Below, one piece after another: positions 25,172 through 32,000 of a stretch of DNA of 32,000 bases (position 1 is the first letter of the stretch; every line of letters starts with the position of its first letter). The notes under the pieces are model-generated. The model saw only the letters and a program-made list of their open reading frames with translations. It ran no database searches and was not told where the DNA came from. Source of the DNA: Thermodesulfobacteriota bacterium. Its GTDB lineage: Bacteria; Desulfobacterota; WTBG01; JAGOGO01. The stretch lies in the NCBI GenBank assembly GCA_026625185.1, contig CP113000.1:1515622-1547621 (forward strand), read 5' to 3'. A program made the translations under genes and the position numbers.

Positions 25172-25597
25172 TTATTCGCTTGGAGCTTTAACCACTGAAT
25201 TCACTAAAATCCAGGGGCGTTTGTCCTCACAAGACTCTACCCATCCGGAAATGGTGATCTTGTCTCCGGCCTTAAGCGGACAGATGAGTTCTGCTTTACA
25301 TTGCTCCATAAAATACTGAAAAATTTCATTGGTTCTAAAATTCAAAAAGTCCCTAGAACTAAATCGAGTATCGCAACCATGATACCAATCGTCTAAAATG
25401 GCCGTAGACGTATCAAGATAAACCCCTTCAGTAACAATATACTTCCCTAAATAGCAACATGGCCCTTCCTTTAAACATTTTTCACTTACTGATATGGCTT
25501 CTCCTCCGCTATTCGTGGATTCCTGAGCTAAAATGGCAAGCGGTTTAGAAAGCAGGAAAGCCCCGAATATTATTGCCACAAAGATTATTTTCTTCAT
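25172..25597 (-). CDS. Hypothetical secreted Cys-rich protein
   Basis: 141 aa. Good SD (aaaggaggaacc ATG), a signal peptide (..PLAILA/QE) and 7 Cys in the mature part. I recognise no family. It has its own candidate promoter and terminator. Confidence 0.6.
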   Translation of the reverse strand: MKKIIFVAIIFGAFLLSKPLAILAQESTNSGGEAISVSEKCLKEGPCCYLGKYIVTEGVYLDTSTAILDDWYHGCDTRFSSRDFLNFRTNEIFQYFMEQCKAELICPLKAGDKITISGWVESCEDKRPWILVNSVVKAPSE

Positions 25598-25675
25598 GGT
25601 TCCTCCTTTAATAAAGGCAACTCAAACTTATTATTTTAAATGTCTTAGAAACTAATTTCAAAGTAATTTTTTAAT

Positions 25676-25705
25676 ATTTTATCATAACTAAATCAGAAGA
25701 TTCAA
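25676..25705 (-). promoter_or_regulatory. Candidate extended -10 sigma70 promoter for the 141-aa gene
   Basis: On the minus strand: TTGAAT (25705-25700), an 18-nt spacer, then TGaTAAAAT (25684-25676). Confidence 0.35.
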
Positions 25706-26216
25706 GAATTTTTTTGTAGTGATAGTTTGATGCTTTTTTTTATTGCCAATTCAACCGCTTGCTGTACTCAGGGCGTCACCTTACTTTTTATTTTTCTCGT
25801 TTTCATAAAAATAACCTTTGCGGCATTACCCAGGGCAGTTCCATTCGCAAAACTCTCTATCGCCAACTTATATCCAAGACAAAATCAAGGAATAAAGCAG
25901 ATCAGCGGTATATATTTTTTTATTTTTTTCACAACCGGTTTTCAATGGCAGGCTCTACAATTTCTTAAAAATCCTTTTAAGCAAAAACCCAGCCTTTCCC
26001 AATCCCCAAAAAAAAAGGATCAAAGGATTATCCCCCCAACCATGGGCGATATTCCCCTTGCCTTCCTCAACTCATTTTCCCTTAAAAGAGGAACCCGCTC
26101 CAGGCGTTTGGTTACCGCTGACTCAAGCTACTTTCCGATCTTTTCGTATTTTTTATCTGTTTTAAATAAACACCCATCAGTTTCTCCTTTATACCAAGTT
26201 GCATTCAAAAGCATAC

Positions 26217-26345
26217 CGAGGCGGCGACGAGGAATCGACCCAAGCCCCCTCACCCTGACCATCTCCCCAGTTGGGAGAGGGGTGGGTGAGGGGAGGAGTA
26301 TGACGAGGAGACAACAAAGATATTCAAATTAAGCCGACTTGGTAT
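26217..26345 (+). repeat. 129-nt GC-rich dispersed repeat, copy A
   Basis: Matches the reverse complement of 30690-30818 at about 113/129 positions without gaps (hand alignment). Internal hairpin: cccctcaccc (26246-26255) / gggtgagggg (26284-26293), with an inner tctccc/gggaga stem. Confidence 0.88.
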
Positions 26346-26362
26346 TAATGATATTAGGTTGT

Positions 26363-26391
26363 TTGACATGGTCTATTTTAGTTTATATAAT
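26363..26391 (+). promoter_or_regulatory. Consensus sigma70 promoter for clpS-clpA-aat
   Basis: TTGACA (26363-26368), a 17-nt spacer, then TATAAT (26386-26391). It lies about 78 nt upstream of the clpS ATG and 18 nt downstream of repeat copy A. Confidence 0.7.
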
Positions 26392-26468
26392 TATAACTAA
26401 AAAATTCTTTTTGTATTAAAAAATTATTTCTTCAAGCTTGCTTAAACGCTTTGCTTTATTTTTCAACT

Positions 26469-26783
26469 ATGAGTAAAACCTATCCGGAGCTAAAAGAAAA
26501 GTCGGATGTTCACACCGAAGAAGCGTTCAGTGAACCTACTCAGTACAAAATCTTAATGCATAATGATCATTATACTACTATGGATTTTGTGGTCCACGTA
26601 CTGGAAACAGTTTTTAATAAACCCCCGGCCGAAGCAGTCCAAATCATGTTAAATATCCATCAAAAGGGGTTAGGATTGTGTGGAATTTACACCGAGGAAA
26701 TTGCCGAGACGAAAGTGGATACCGTACATTTTTTAGCCAAACAGCAAGGTTTTCCATTAAAATGTAGCATGGAAGAAGTATAA
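26469..26783 (+). CDS. clpS: ATP-dependent Clp protease adaptor ClpS
   Basis: The YKILMHNDHYTTMDFVVHVL..F core motif. ATG 26469 is preferred over the TTG at 26451 listed in the track. TAATG overlap with clpA. Confidence 0.88.
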   Translation: MSKTYPELKEKSDVHTEEAFSEPTQYKILMHNDHYTTMDFVVHVLETVFNKPPAEAVQIMLNIHQKGLGLCGIYTEEIAETKVDTVHFLAKQQGFPLKCSMEEV

Positions 26784-29038
26784 TGATCAGTAAGGCATTA
26801 GAAATGGTTTTTGCGGTCGCTGTCAGGGAGGCAAAAATTCGCCGCCATGAGCTTCTAACTATTGAACATATCTTGTATGCTCTCTTGGATGATGATCTGG
26901 GGAGCCGAATTTTGCGCTCCTGCAGTTCTAATCTTCCGGATCTCAAAAAAAAGCTCGAAACCTTCTTTTCTGAACACCTTGAAGCGCTCCCCGAAGGAAG
27001 CAACAAAAAAATCATTCAGACGGTTAGCTTTCAGCGAATGTTGCAACGCGCGTTACTCCACGCCCAATCAGCCGAAAAAAAAGAGGTTGACGCCGGTGAC
27101 ATCCTGGCTTCCATGCTTGAGGAGGAAAATTCTTACGCAGTATACTTTCTTAAATCCCAAGGGATTAGCCGGCTGGATATTTTGAACTACATTTCCCATG
27201 GCTTGCCAAAAACAGGAGAGGATGAAAGGCCATTAACCTCAGAAGACAAAGAAAGTGAACTCGGGGACAAGCAAAAGCCATCAAGTCACCTAGAGCGCTT
27301 TACCGTTGCCCTTATTGAAAAAGCAAAATCGGGCTTGATTGACCCCCTGATCGGACGAGAAGCAGAACTGGAAAGAACGATACAGGTCCTGGGCCGTCGC
27401 CTCAAAAATAACCCGATTTTTGTCGGCGATCCCGGCGTTGGGAAAACTGCTATCATTGAAGGGTTGGCATTAAAAATTTTTAAGTGTGAAGTGCCTGAGG
27501 CTTTTTTAAATACGGAGATTTATGCGCTTGATATGGGCTCTCTTTTGGCGGGCACAAAGTTTCGGGGTGACTTTGAGGCGCGGTTAAAGGGAGTACTTTC
27601 AGAATTAAAAAATTTGCCGAGTGCAATTTTAGCGATTGACGAGATCCACACGGTGGTTGGGGCAGGGTCAACCACCGGTAGTTCAATGGACGCCTCAAAC
27701 ATCCTTAAACCGGTGCTTGCCTCAGGCAAGCTCCGCTGTATTGGCACCACCACGTATGAAGAATACAAAAATTATTTTGAAAAGGATCGCGCTCTTTCCC
27801 GACGTTTCCAGAAGATCGAAATTGCTGAGCCGTCCGTTTCCGAGACCATTGAAATTCTTAAGGGCTTAAAAACTTACTACGAAACTCATCACCAGGTTAC
27901 CTACACCCCCGGAGCAATTAAGACCGCGGCAGAATTATCCGCCAAGCACATTAATGACCGCTGCCTCCCTGATAAAGCGATTGATGTGATTGATGAGGCG
28001 GGGGCGATGATTAAGGTGAGTCCGGCGTATAAACACCGGAAAAATATCACCACCGCTGACATTGAAAAGGTGGTCGCGCGCATCGCCAAAATACCGCTTC
28101 GCAGTCTCTCCTCTTCGGACAAATTACACATTCAAAATTTGGAAAAGGATCTTAAAGAAAAAGTCTTTGGTCAGGATGAAGCGATCCATAACCTGGTGAA
28201 AGCGATCAAGCGATCTCGGGCAGGATTGAGGATCCCTGATAAGCCGATCGGCTCTTTTCTCTTCATCGGGCCAACCGGCGTGGGAAAGACTGAAGTAGCA
28301 AAACAAATGGCAACAGTTCTGGGCGTAATTTTTTTGCGCTTTGACATGAGCGAATATATGGAAAAACATACGGTTGCCCGGCTCATTGGCGCTCCTCCCG
28401 GATATATTGGATTTGACCAGGGAGGCTTGCTTACTGATGCGATTCGCAAGCATCCCTATAGCGTTCTCTTGCTGGATGAGATCGAAAAAGCGCATTTCGA
28501 CATCTTCAATATTTTGCTGCAGATTATGGATCATGCCACCCTTACGGATAACAACGGCAAAAAAGCTGACTTCCGTCACGTCATCCTCATGATGACCTCA
28601 AACGCGGGCGCCCGGGAGATGGCAACCGCCAGCATTGGCTTTGATGGCATTAAGTCGGAGGACAAGTCTGGTAAAGGATTAAGAGCCGTCGAAAAACTCT
28701 TTAGCCCTGAGTTTCGCAACCGTCTTGACGGCATTATAAACTTTCATTCCCTTTCTCATGAAATTATGGAGAAGATCGTCGACAAGTTTATGGCAGAACT
28801 CAATCAGCAATTAGTTTTTAAAAAGGTCAACGCCCGGTTGTCTACGGATGCCCGCGCCTGGCTTGCGCGAAGCGGATATGACCCGACGTATGGTGCTCGT
28901 CCCCTTGCCCGGTTGATACAAAAAGAGATTAAAGATCCCCTGGCTGAAGAAATTCTCTTTGGAAAGCTTTCCGGGGGCGGGAACGTATTCATAGACTATA
29001 ATAATCAGAGCAACCTTCTTTCCTTTGTCTATAAGTAA
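26783..29038 (+). CDS. clpA: ATP-dependent Clp protease ATP-binding subunit ClpA
   Basis: 751 aa. Clp N-domain and two AAA+ modules (Walker A GDPGVGKTA and GPTGVGKTE; Walker B ILAIDEIH and VLLLDEIEKA). No ClpB-type middle domain. Confidence 0.92.
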   Translation: MISKALEMVFAVAVREAKIRRHELLTIEHILYALLDDDLGSRILRSCSSNLPDLKKKLETFFSEHLEALPEGSNKKIIQTVSFQRMLQRALLHAQSAEKKEVDAGDILASMLEEENSYAVYFLKSQGISRLDILNYISHGLPKTGEDERPLTSEDKESELGDKQKPSSHLERFTVALIEKAKSGLIDPLIGREAELERTIQVLGRRLKNNPIFVGDPGVGKTAIIEGLALKIFKCEVPEAFLNTEIYALDMGSLLAGTKFRGDFEARLKGVLSELKNLPSAILAIDEIHTVVGAGSTTGSSMDASNILKPVLASGKLRCIGTTTYEEYKNYFEKDRALSRRFQKIEIAEPSVSETIEILKGLKTYYETHHQVTYTPGAIKTAAELSAKHINDRCLPDKAIDVIDEAGAMIKVSPAYKHRKNITTADIEKVVARIAKIPLRSLSSSDKLHIQNLEKDLKEKVFGQDEAIHNLVKAIKRSRAGLRIPDKPIGSFLFIGPTGVGKTEVAKQMATVLGVIFLRFDMSEYMEKHTVARLIGAPPGYIGFDQGGLLTDAIRKHPYSVLLLDEIEKAHFDIFNILLQIMDHATLTDNNGKKADFRHVILMMTSNAGAREMATASIGFDGIKSEDKSGKGLRAVEKLFSPEFRNRLDGIINFHSLSHEIMEKIVDKFMAELNQQLVFKKVNARLSTDARAWLARSGYDPTYGARPLARLIQKEIKDPLAEEILFGKLSGGGNVFIDYNNQSNLLSFVYK

Positions 29039-29786
29039 CCCCTTGACAGTCTACCGACTTCCCCAGGAGCTGGTTTTTCCTTCCCCGGATGAGGCAGAAC
29101 CGGAAGGTCTGTTAGCTATTGGCGGTGACCTGACCCTGGAGAGACTGCTCCTTGCTTATTGCTCAGGAATATTTCCCTGGTACTCTGAGGGTTCCCCGAT
29201 TTTATGGTGGTCTCCCGATCCACGGCTTATCCTTGCGCCAAAAGACCTCCATGTCTCAAAAAGCCTCTCTAGGGTTATTAAGAAAGACGTCTTTAAGATA
29301 ACAATAGACCAATCTTTTGGAGAGGTTGTTCAAGGATGTGCGCGTGTCCAAAGGCCGGACGGGAAAGGCACCTGGATTGTCAAGGATATGGTCAAAGCCT
29401 ACATCCGTTTACATGAAGCTGGCTTTGCGCATTCGGTTGAAAGCTGGTTTAACGGTAAACTCGTTGGCGGAGTATATGGCGTTTCGCTGGGAAGGGTCTT
29501 CTTTGGTGAATCGATGTTTTATGCTATGGAAAATGCTTCCAAAGTAGCTTTCGTTTATCTGACAAGGTTGTTACAAAAATGTAGGTTCGAAATGATTGAT
29601 TGTCAAGTAACCACTGCCAACCTGCTCAGGTTCGGTGCCCATGAAATCTCCCGCTCCCAGTTTTTAAAGCGCCTCGCAAAAGCCCTCAAACAACCAACTC
29701 GTCGAGGCCGATGGCGGATGCCGGAAAATTTTGAGTTTTCAACATCCTCCGATGACGTCTCCCTTACCCTGAATTTTCCTGATTAA
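29025..29786 (+). CDS. aat: Leucyl/phenylalanyl-tRNA--protein transferase
   Basis: FPSPDEAEPEGLLAIGGDL...LL.AY..GIFPW....PILWWSPDPR is diagnostic of Aat. The start is TTG 29025 (14-nt overlap with clpA) or TTG 29043. Confidence 0.88.
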   Translation: MSISNPLTVYRLPQELVFPSPDEAEPEGLLAIGGDLTLERLLLAYCSGIFPWYSEGSPILWWSPDPRLILAPKDLHVSKSLSRVIKKDVFKITIDQSFGEVVQGCARVQRPDGKGTWIVKDMVKAYIRLHEAGFAHSVESWFNGKLVGGVYGVSLGRVFFGESMFYAMENASKVAFVYLTRLLQKCRFEMIDCQVTTANLLRFGAHEISRSQFLKRLAKALKQPTRRGRWRMPENFEFSTSSDDVSLTLNFPD

Positions 29787-30633
29787 CTGTTACCGCAACA
29801 CAAGAAGTGATGATAAGTATTGACCCTATTATGGCCCCTAATGAAAGGTGTTCATGAAACACCAACATTCCCGCAAAAAAGTTCAGTACCGGCACTAACA
29901 TGCTCAGAAGCGATCCAGACGTCACTGAAAGGTAGCGATAGCCTTCCGTCATAAGGAGTTGCCCGACCGTGGCAAAAATACCGATACCGAGTAAAAGAAT
30001 GCCCCCAGCATATCCTATCGCCCGAGGCACGAGATTGGCGGGGATAATCATGAGCCATAAACCAACTACACATTGGGCAAAGAAAATGGCATAGGTAGAA
30101 TCAGTCTCATGGAGACGTTTTATCGAAACCACTGCTATTCCCGAACAAAGAGCGCCCACTAGAGCTAAGGCTTCATATTTTCCAAATTTGGCAAACATAG
30201 TCATCCCCTCGCCTTCACTTTTGAGAAGAGATATGCCGACTAACGCAATGGCAATCGCGCCCCACTTCAAAACGCCAATTCTCTCCTTAAGAAAAATAAC
30301 ACTCATAATACTTGCGAAGATAGGATAGGAATAACTGATAATGGTCCCCTTAGCGATACCTAATTTCATTATTGACAAAAAAAGAAAAAAGACACCCGCG
30401 CCGCCAGTCAGTCCGCGAAAAAAAAGAAGCCAGCCATTCACAAAATGGAGTTTTAGCTTTCCAAACAAAGCAGCGACTCCCAACAAACCTAAACCAATAA
30501 CAAATCGAAAGAGTGTTGTTCGGTATGGATCAAGGAAAGAGGCATACTTTATGAGGCTGGCCATCACGCAAAAAGCCCCAGCTGATCCGCCCATCAACAC
30601 TAAGCCTTTCATGGGATGGTCCTTGTTATTCAT
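29764..30633 (-). CDS. EamA/DMT-superfamily transporter
   Basis: 289 aa, about 10 predicted TM helices in two EamA-like halves. Its 3' end overlaps the aat 3' end convergently by 23 nt. Confidence 0.8.
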   Translation of the reverse strand: MNNKDHPMKGLVLMGGSAGAFCVMASLIKYASFLDPYRTTLFRFVIGLGLLGVAALFGKLKLHFVNGWLLFFRGLTGGAGVFFLFLSIMKLGIAKGTIISYSYPIFASIMSVIFLKERIGVLKWGAIAIALVGISLLKSEGEGMTMFAKFGKYEALALVGALCSGIAVVSIKRLHETDSTYAIFFAQCVVGLWLMIIPANLVPRAIGYAGGILLLGIGIFATVGQLLMTEGYRYLSVTSGSLLSMLVPVLNFFAGMLVFHEHLSLGAIIGSILIITSCVAVTVNQENSG

Positions 30634-30689
30634 GCTTAAACCTGCCCTTATAAATCCTTTTTATGATGCTCACAATAAGAAAAGTTTTT

Positions 30690-30818
30690 ATACCAAGCCG
30701 CCTTTATTTGCATATCTTTGTTTTCTCCTCGTCATACTCTTCCCCTCACCCACCCCTCTCCCCACTGGGGAGAGGAATAGGGTAAGGGGTCTTGCGTCGA
30801 TTCCTCGTGGCTGCCTCG
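30690..30818 (-). repeat. 129-nt GC-rich dispersed repeat, copy B (inverted relative to copy A)
   Basis: See copy A. The hairpin core is cccctcaccc...gggtaagggg. Confidence 0.88.
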
Positions 30819-31041
30819 ATCCGTAGGCTTCTTCCGGCAAAACAGTAAAAGCTTTTGTATCCCCCATTGTCATTCCAAAAATTTTTTTTTCAAAACCCGG
30901 CATCATTTCGCCGGCGCCGATGGTAAATTCAAGCGGCTTGCTGTCTTTTGAATTATCAAATATTTTTCCGTTTTCCGGTTTTCCGGTGAAATGTACTTTT
31001 ACTTTATCGCCATTTTTTGCTAAACTTATTTTTATATTCTG
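30819..31041 (-). pseudogene. FKBP-type peptidyl-prolyl isomerase remnant (N-terminal ~70 aa only), read-through into repeat copy B
   Basis: The minus-strand frame is open from 31041: ..NIKISLAKNGDKVKVHFTGKPENGKIFDNSKDSKPLEFTIGAGEMMPGFEKKIFGMTMGDTKAFTVLPEEAYG. It then continues into repeat-derived sequence (SRQPRGIDARPLTL..) and stops at 30688. There is no ATG/GTG/TTG at the expected N-terminus (ATA at 31035-31033), and the C-terminal half of the FKBP fold is missing. Confidence 0.55.
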
Positions 31042-31177
31042 CTAAATGGCAATAAATATTTTTTCACCTTATAGTAATTTACTAATAAAGCAAACATTTT
31101 TCCCCTTGATTTATTTTTCTTTTGGTTAATTAAAAGAGCACGAGAGACTTTAAGGCCTAAAAATAAAGAACCCGCTG

Positions 31178-31846
31178 ATGATGAAAACAGAAAAAAAAGA
31201 AGCCAAAAAGGAAAAGGTCAAAAAGATTATCCCCCTGCTTAAAAAAATGCATCCTCAAGCACATTGTGAACTTGATCACCGCAATCCCTTGGAACTTCTT
31301 ATCGCCACCATCCTTTCAGCCCAGTGTACGGACAAACGAGTCAATCAGGTTACCCCGCACCTGTATAAAAAATACCCCCTTGCGAAGGACTACGCGGAAT
31401 CTGTTCCCGGAGAACTGGAAGGAGAGATTAAATCAACCGGTTTTTTTCGAAACAAGGCAAAAATGATACGGGAAGCCACCCGCGAACTGGCGACGCGTTT
31501 TGGCGGAAAGGTGCCGGATCGTTTGGAAGACTTGATCACCCTCCCGGGAATCGGCCGGAAGACGGCTAATGTCATTTTAGGAACCGCCTTTGGAGTACCG
31601 GGAATCGTGGTTGACACCCATGTGCTTCGGGTAAGTGAACGTCTGGGATTAACAAAAAATACCGACCCGGCAAAGGTGGAAGTTGATTTAATGGAGATTG
31701 TACCGAAAAAGGCGTGGATCGATTTTTCATACCTCCTTGTCTTTCAAGGCCGGTATACCTGCAATGCCCGTAAGCCGCTTTGTGGCCAATGCTCCCTTCC
31801 CCCGTATTGCGACTACTTTCAAAAATCCCTGCCCTTAAAAAGATAA
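31178..31846 (+). CDS. nth: Endonuclease III (DNA-(apurinic/apyrimidinic site) lyase)
   Basis: 222 aa. HhH-GPD motif (LPGIGRKTANVIL), catalytic region VDTHV.RV, and a 4Fe-4S Cys cluster (CNARKPLCGQCSLPPYC). Confidence 0.9.
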   Translation: MMKTEKKEAKKEKVKKIIPLLKKMHPQAHCELDHRNPLELLIATILSAQCTDKRVNQVTPHLYKKYPLAKDYAESVPGELEGEIKSTGFFRNKAKMIREATRELATRFGGKVPDRLEDLITLPGIGRKTANVILGTAFGVPGIVVDTHVLRVSERLGLTKNTDPAKVEVDLMEIVPKKAWIDFSYLLVFQGRYTCNARKPLCGQCSLPPYCDYFQKSLPLKR

Positions 31847-32000
31847 GACCTTCGTCTTTGGAATCCCTTTCGCGTGGGAACAAGGCTTATGAGTATCATT
31901 CCAAGAATAAAGCCGCCCACATGGGCCCACCAGGCTACTCCACCGCTCCCTGTTTGCGCGGTTGCCGCACCTGATAATGTACCGCTAAAAAACTGGAGCA
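31819..32000 (-). CDS. Rhomboid-family intramembrane serine protease (C-terminal 59 aa; the rest lies beyond the window)
   Basis: The minus-strand frame from 31998 reads ..GSGGVAWWAHVGGFILGMILISLV..*, which matches the rhomboid TM6 catalytic His motif (AH.GG). The stop is at 31821-31819, overlapping the nth 3' end by 28 nt. Absent from the ORF track because it is under 60 aa with no Met. Confidence 0.55.
   Translation of the reverse strand, partial: LQFFSGTLSGAATAQTGSGGVAWWAHVGGFILGMILISLVPTRKGFQRRRSYLFKGRDF

Noticed and set aside
26000-26030. T9 run (minus strand) as an sRNA terminator
   Set aside because: The preceding hairpin (ggat..atcc) has only about 4 bp, so it does not meet the usual stem criteria.
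26112-26177. 21-codon minus-strand ORF with a strong SD (MGVYLKQIKNTKRSESSLSQR)
   Set aside because: It is too short and too featureless to call: not hydrophobic, with no recognisable leader-peptide logic and no convincing terminator after it. It is mentioned only inside the finding on the non-coding stretch.
25727-26332. 201-aa plus-strand ORF spanning the gap between the orphan gene and clpS
   Set aside because: Its composition is low-complexity and Phe/Leu/Ser/Pro-rich. It has no SD, and its C-terminus is simply the 129-nt repeat read in frame (..RGIDPSPLTLTISPVGRGVGEG..). The strand has the wrong purine skew for coding. I treat it as spurious.
29764-29786. Convergent 3' overlaps of aat/eamA (23 nt) and nth/rhomboid (31819-31846, 28 nt) as possible antisense regulation
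   Set aside because: Short convergent overlaps are common in compact genomes, and nothing in the sequence (structures or motifs) singles these out.
1-32000. Scan for tRNA/rRNA/tmRNA/RNase P/SRP RNA, common riboswitch cores, CRISPR arrays, transposase/integrase genes and defence or toxin-antitoxin modules
   Set aside because: By eye I found no T-loop/acceptor patterns, no regularly spaced direct repeats, no recombinase-like ORFs and no riboswitch consensus cores. This absence is by inspection only. Running tRNAscan-SE, Infernal/Rfam and a defence-system HMM scan would be decisive.

Overview
This window is chromosomal and mostly housekeeping, from a diderm (outer-membrane-bearing) bacterium that looks moderately AT-rich by eye. 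I cannot assign taxonomy from the sequence alone.

Gene content, left to right:
- 1-15050 (+): the 3' part of lysS, then a ~14-kb co-directional envelope-biogenesis supercluster: lolC, lolD, bamA, skp, lpxD, fabZ, lpxA, lpxI, a Gfo/Idh/MocA oxidoreductase, lpxB, msbA and an lpxL-family acyltransferase. Several junctions overlap.
- 15164-25597 (-): aroC-aroQ, a clean bidirectional terminator, an xre-pilM-pilN-pilO-pilP-pilQ type IV pilus operon, lnt, and a monocistronic orphan secreted Cys-rich protein.
- 25706-32000: about 0.5 kb with no convincing gene, then a 129-nt GC-rich repeat and a consensus sigma70 promoter driving clpS-clpA-aat (the N-degron module). These are followed by an EamA/DMT transporter, a second inverted copy of the 129-nt repeat abutting a truncated FKBP-type PPIase pseudogene, nth, and the 3' end of a rhomboid protease.

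I saw no tRNA, rRNA, CRISPR array, transposase, integrase or recognisable defence/toxin gene. I do not find convincing evidence for a wholly new multi-gene system.

The observations most worth a second look:
- The 129-nt inverted-repeat pair bracketing the 4.3-kb clpS-clpA-aat-eamA segment, with a gene remnant ending at one junction.
- Two ~130-nt nested palindromic elements inside the otherwise tight envelope operon.
- Unusual architectures of envelope machines: BamA with an extra N-terminal module, PilP fused to a ~200-aa lipoprotein domain, and PilQ with a lipobox.
- A small XRE regulator leading the pil operon.
- An orphan Cys-rich secreted protein next to a decayed-looking stretch.
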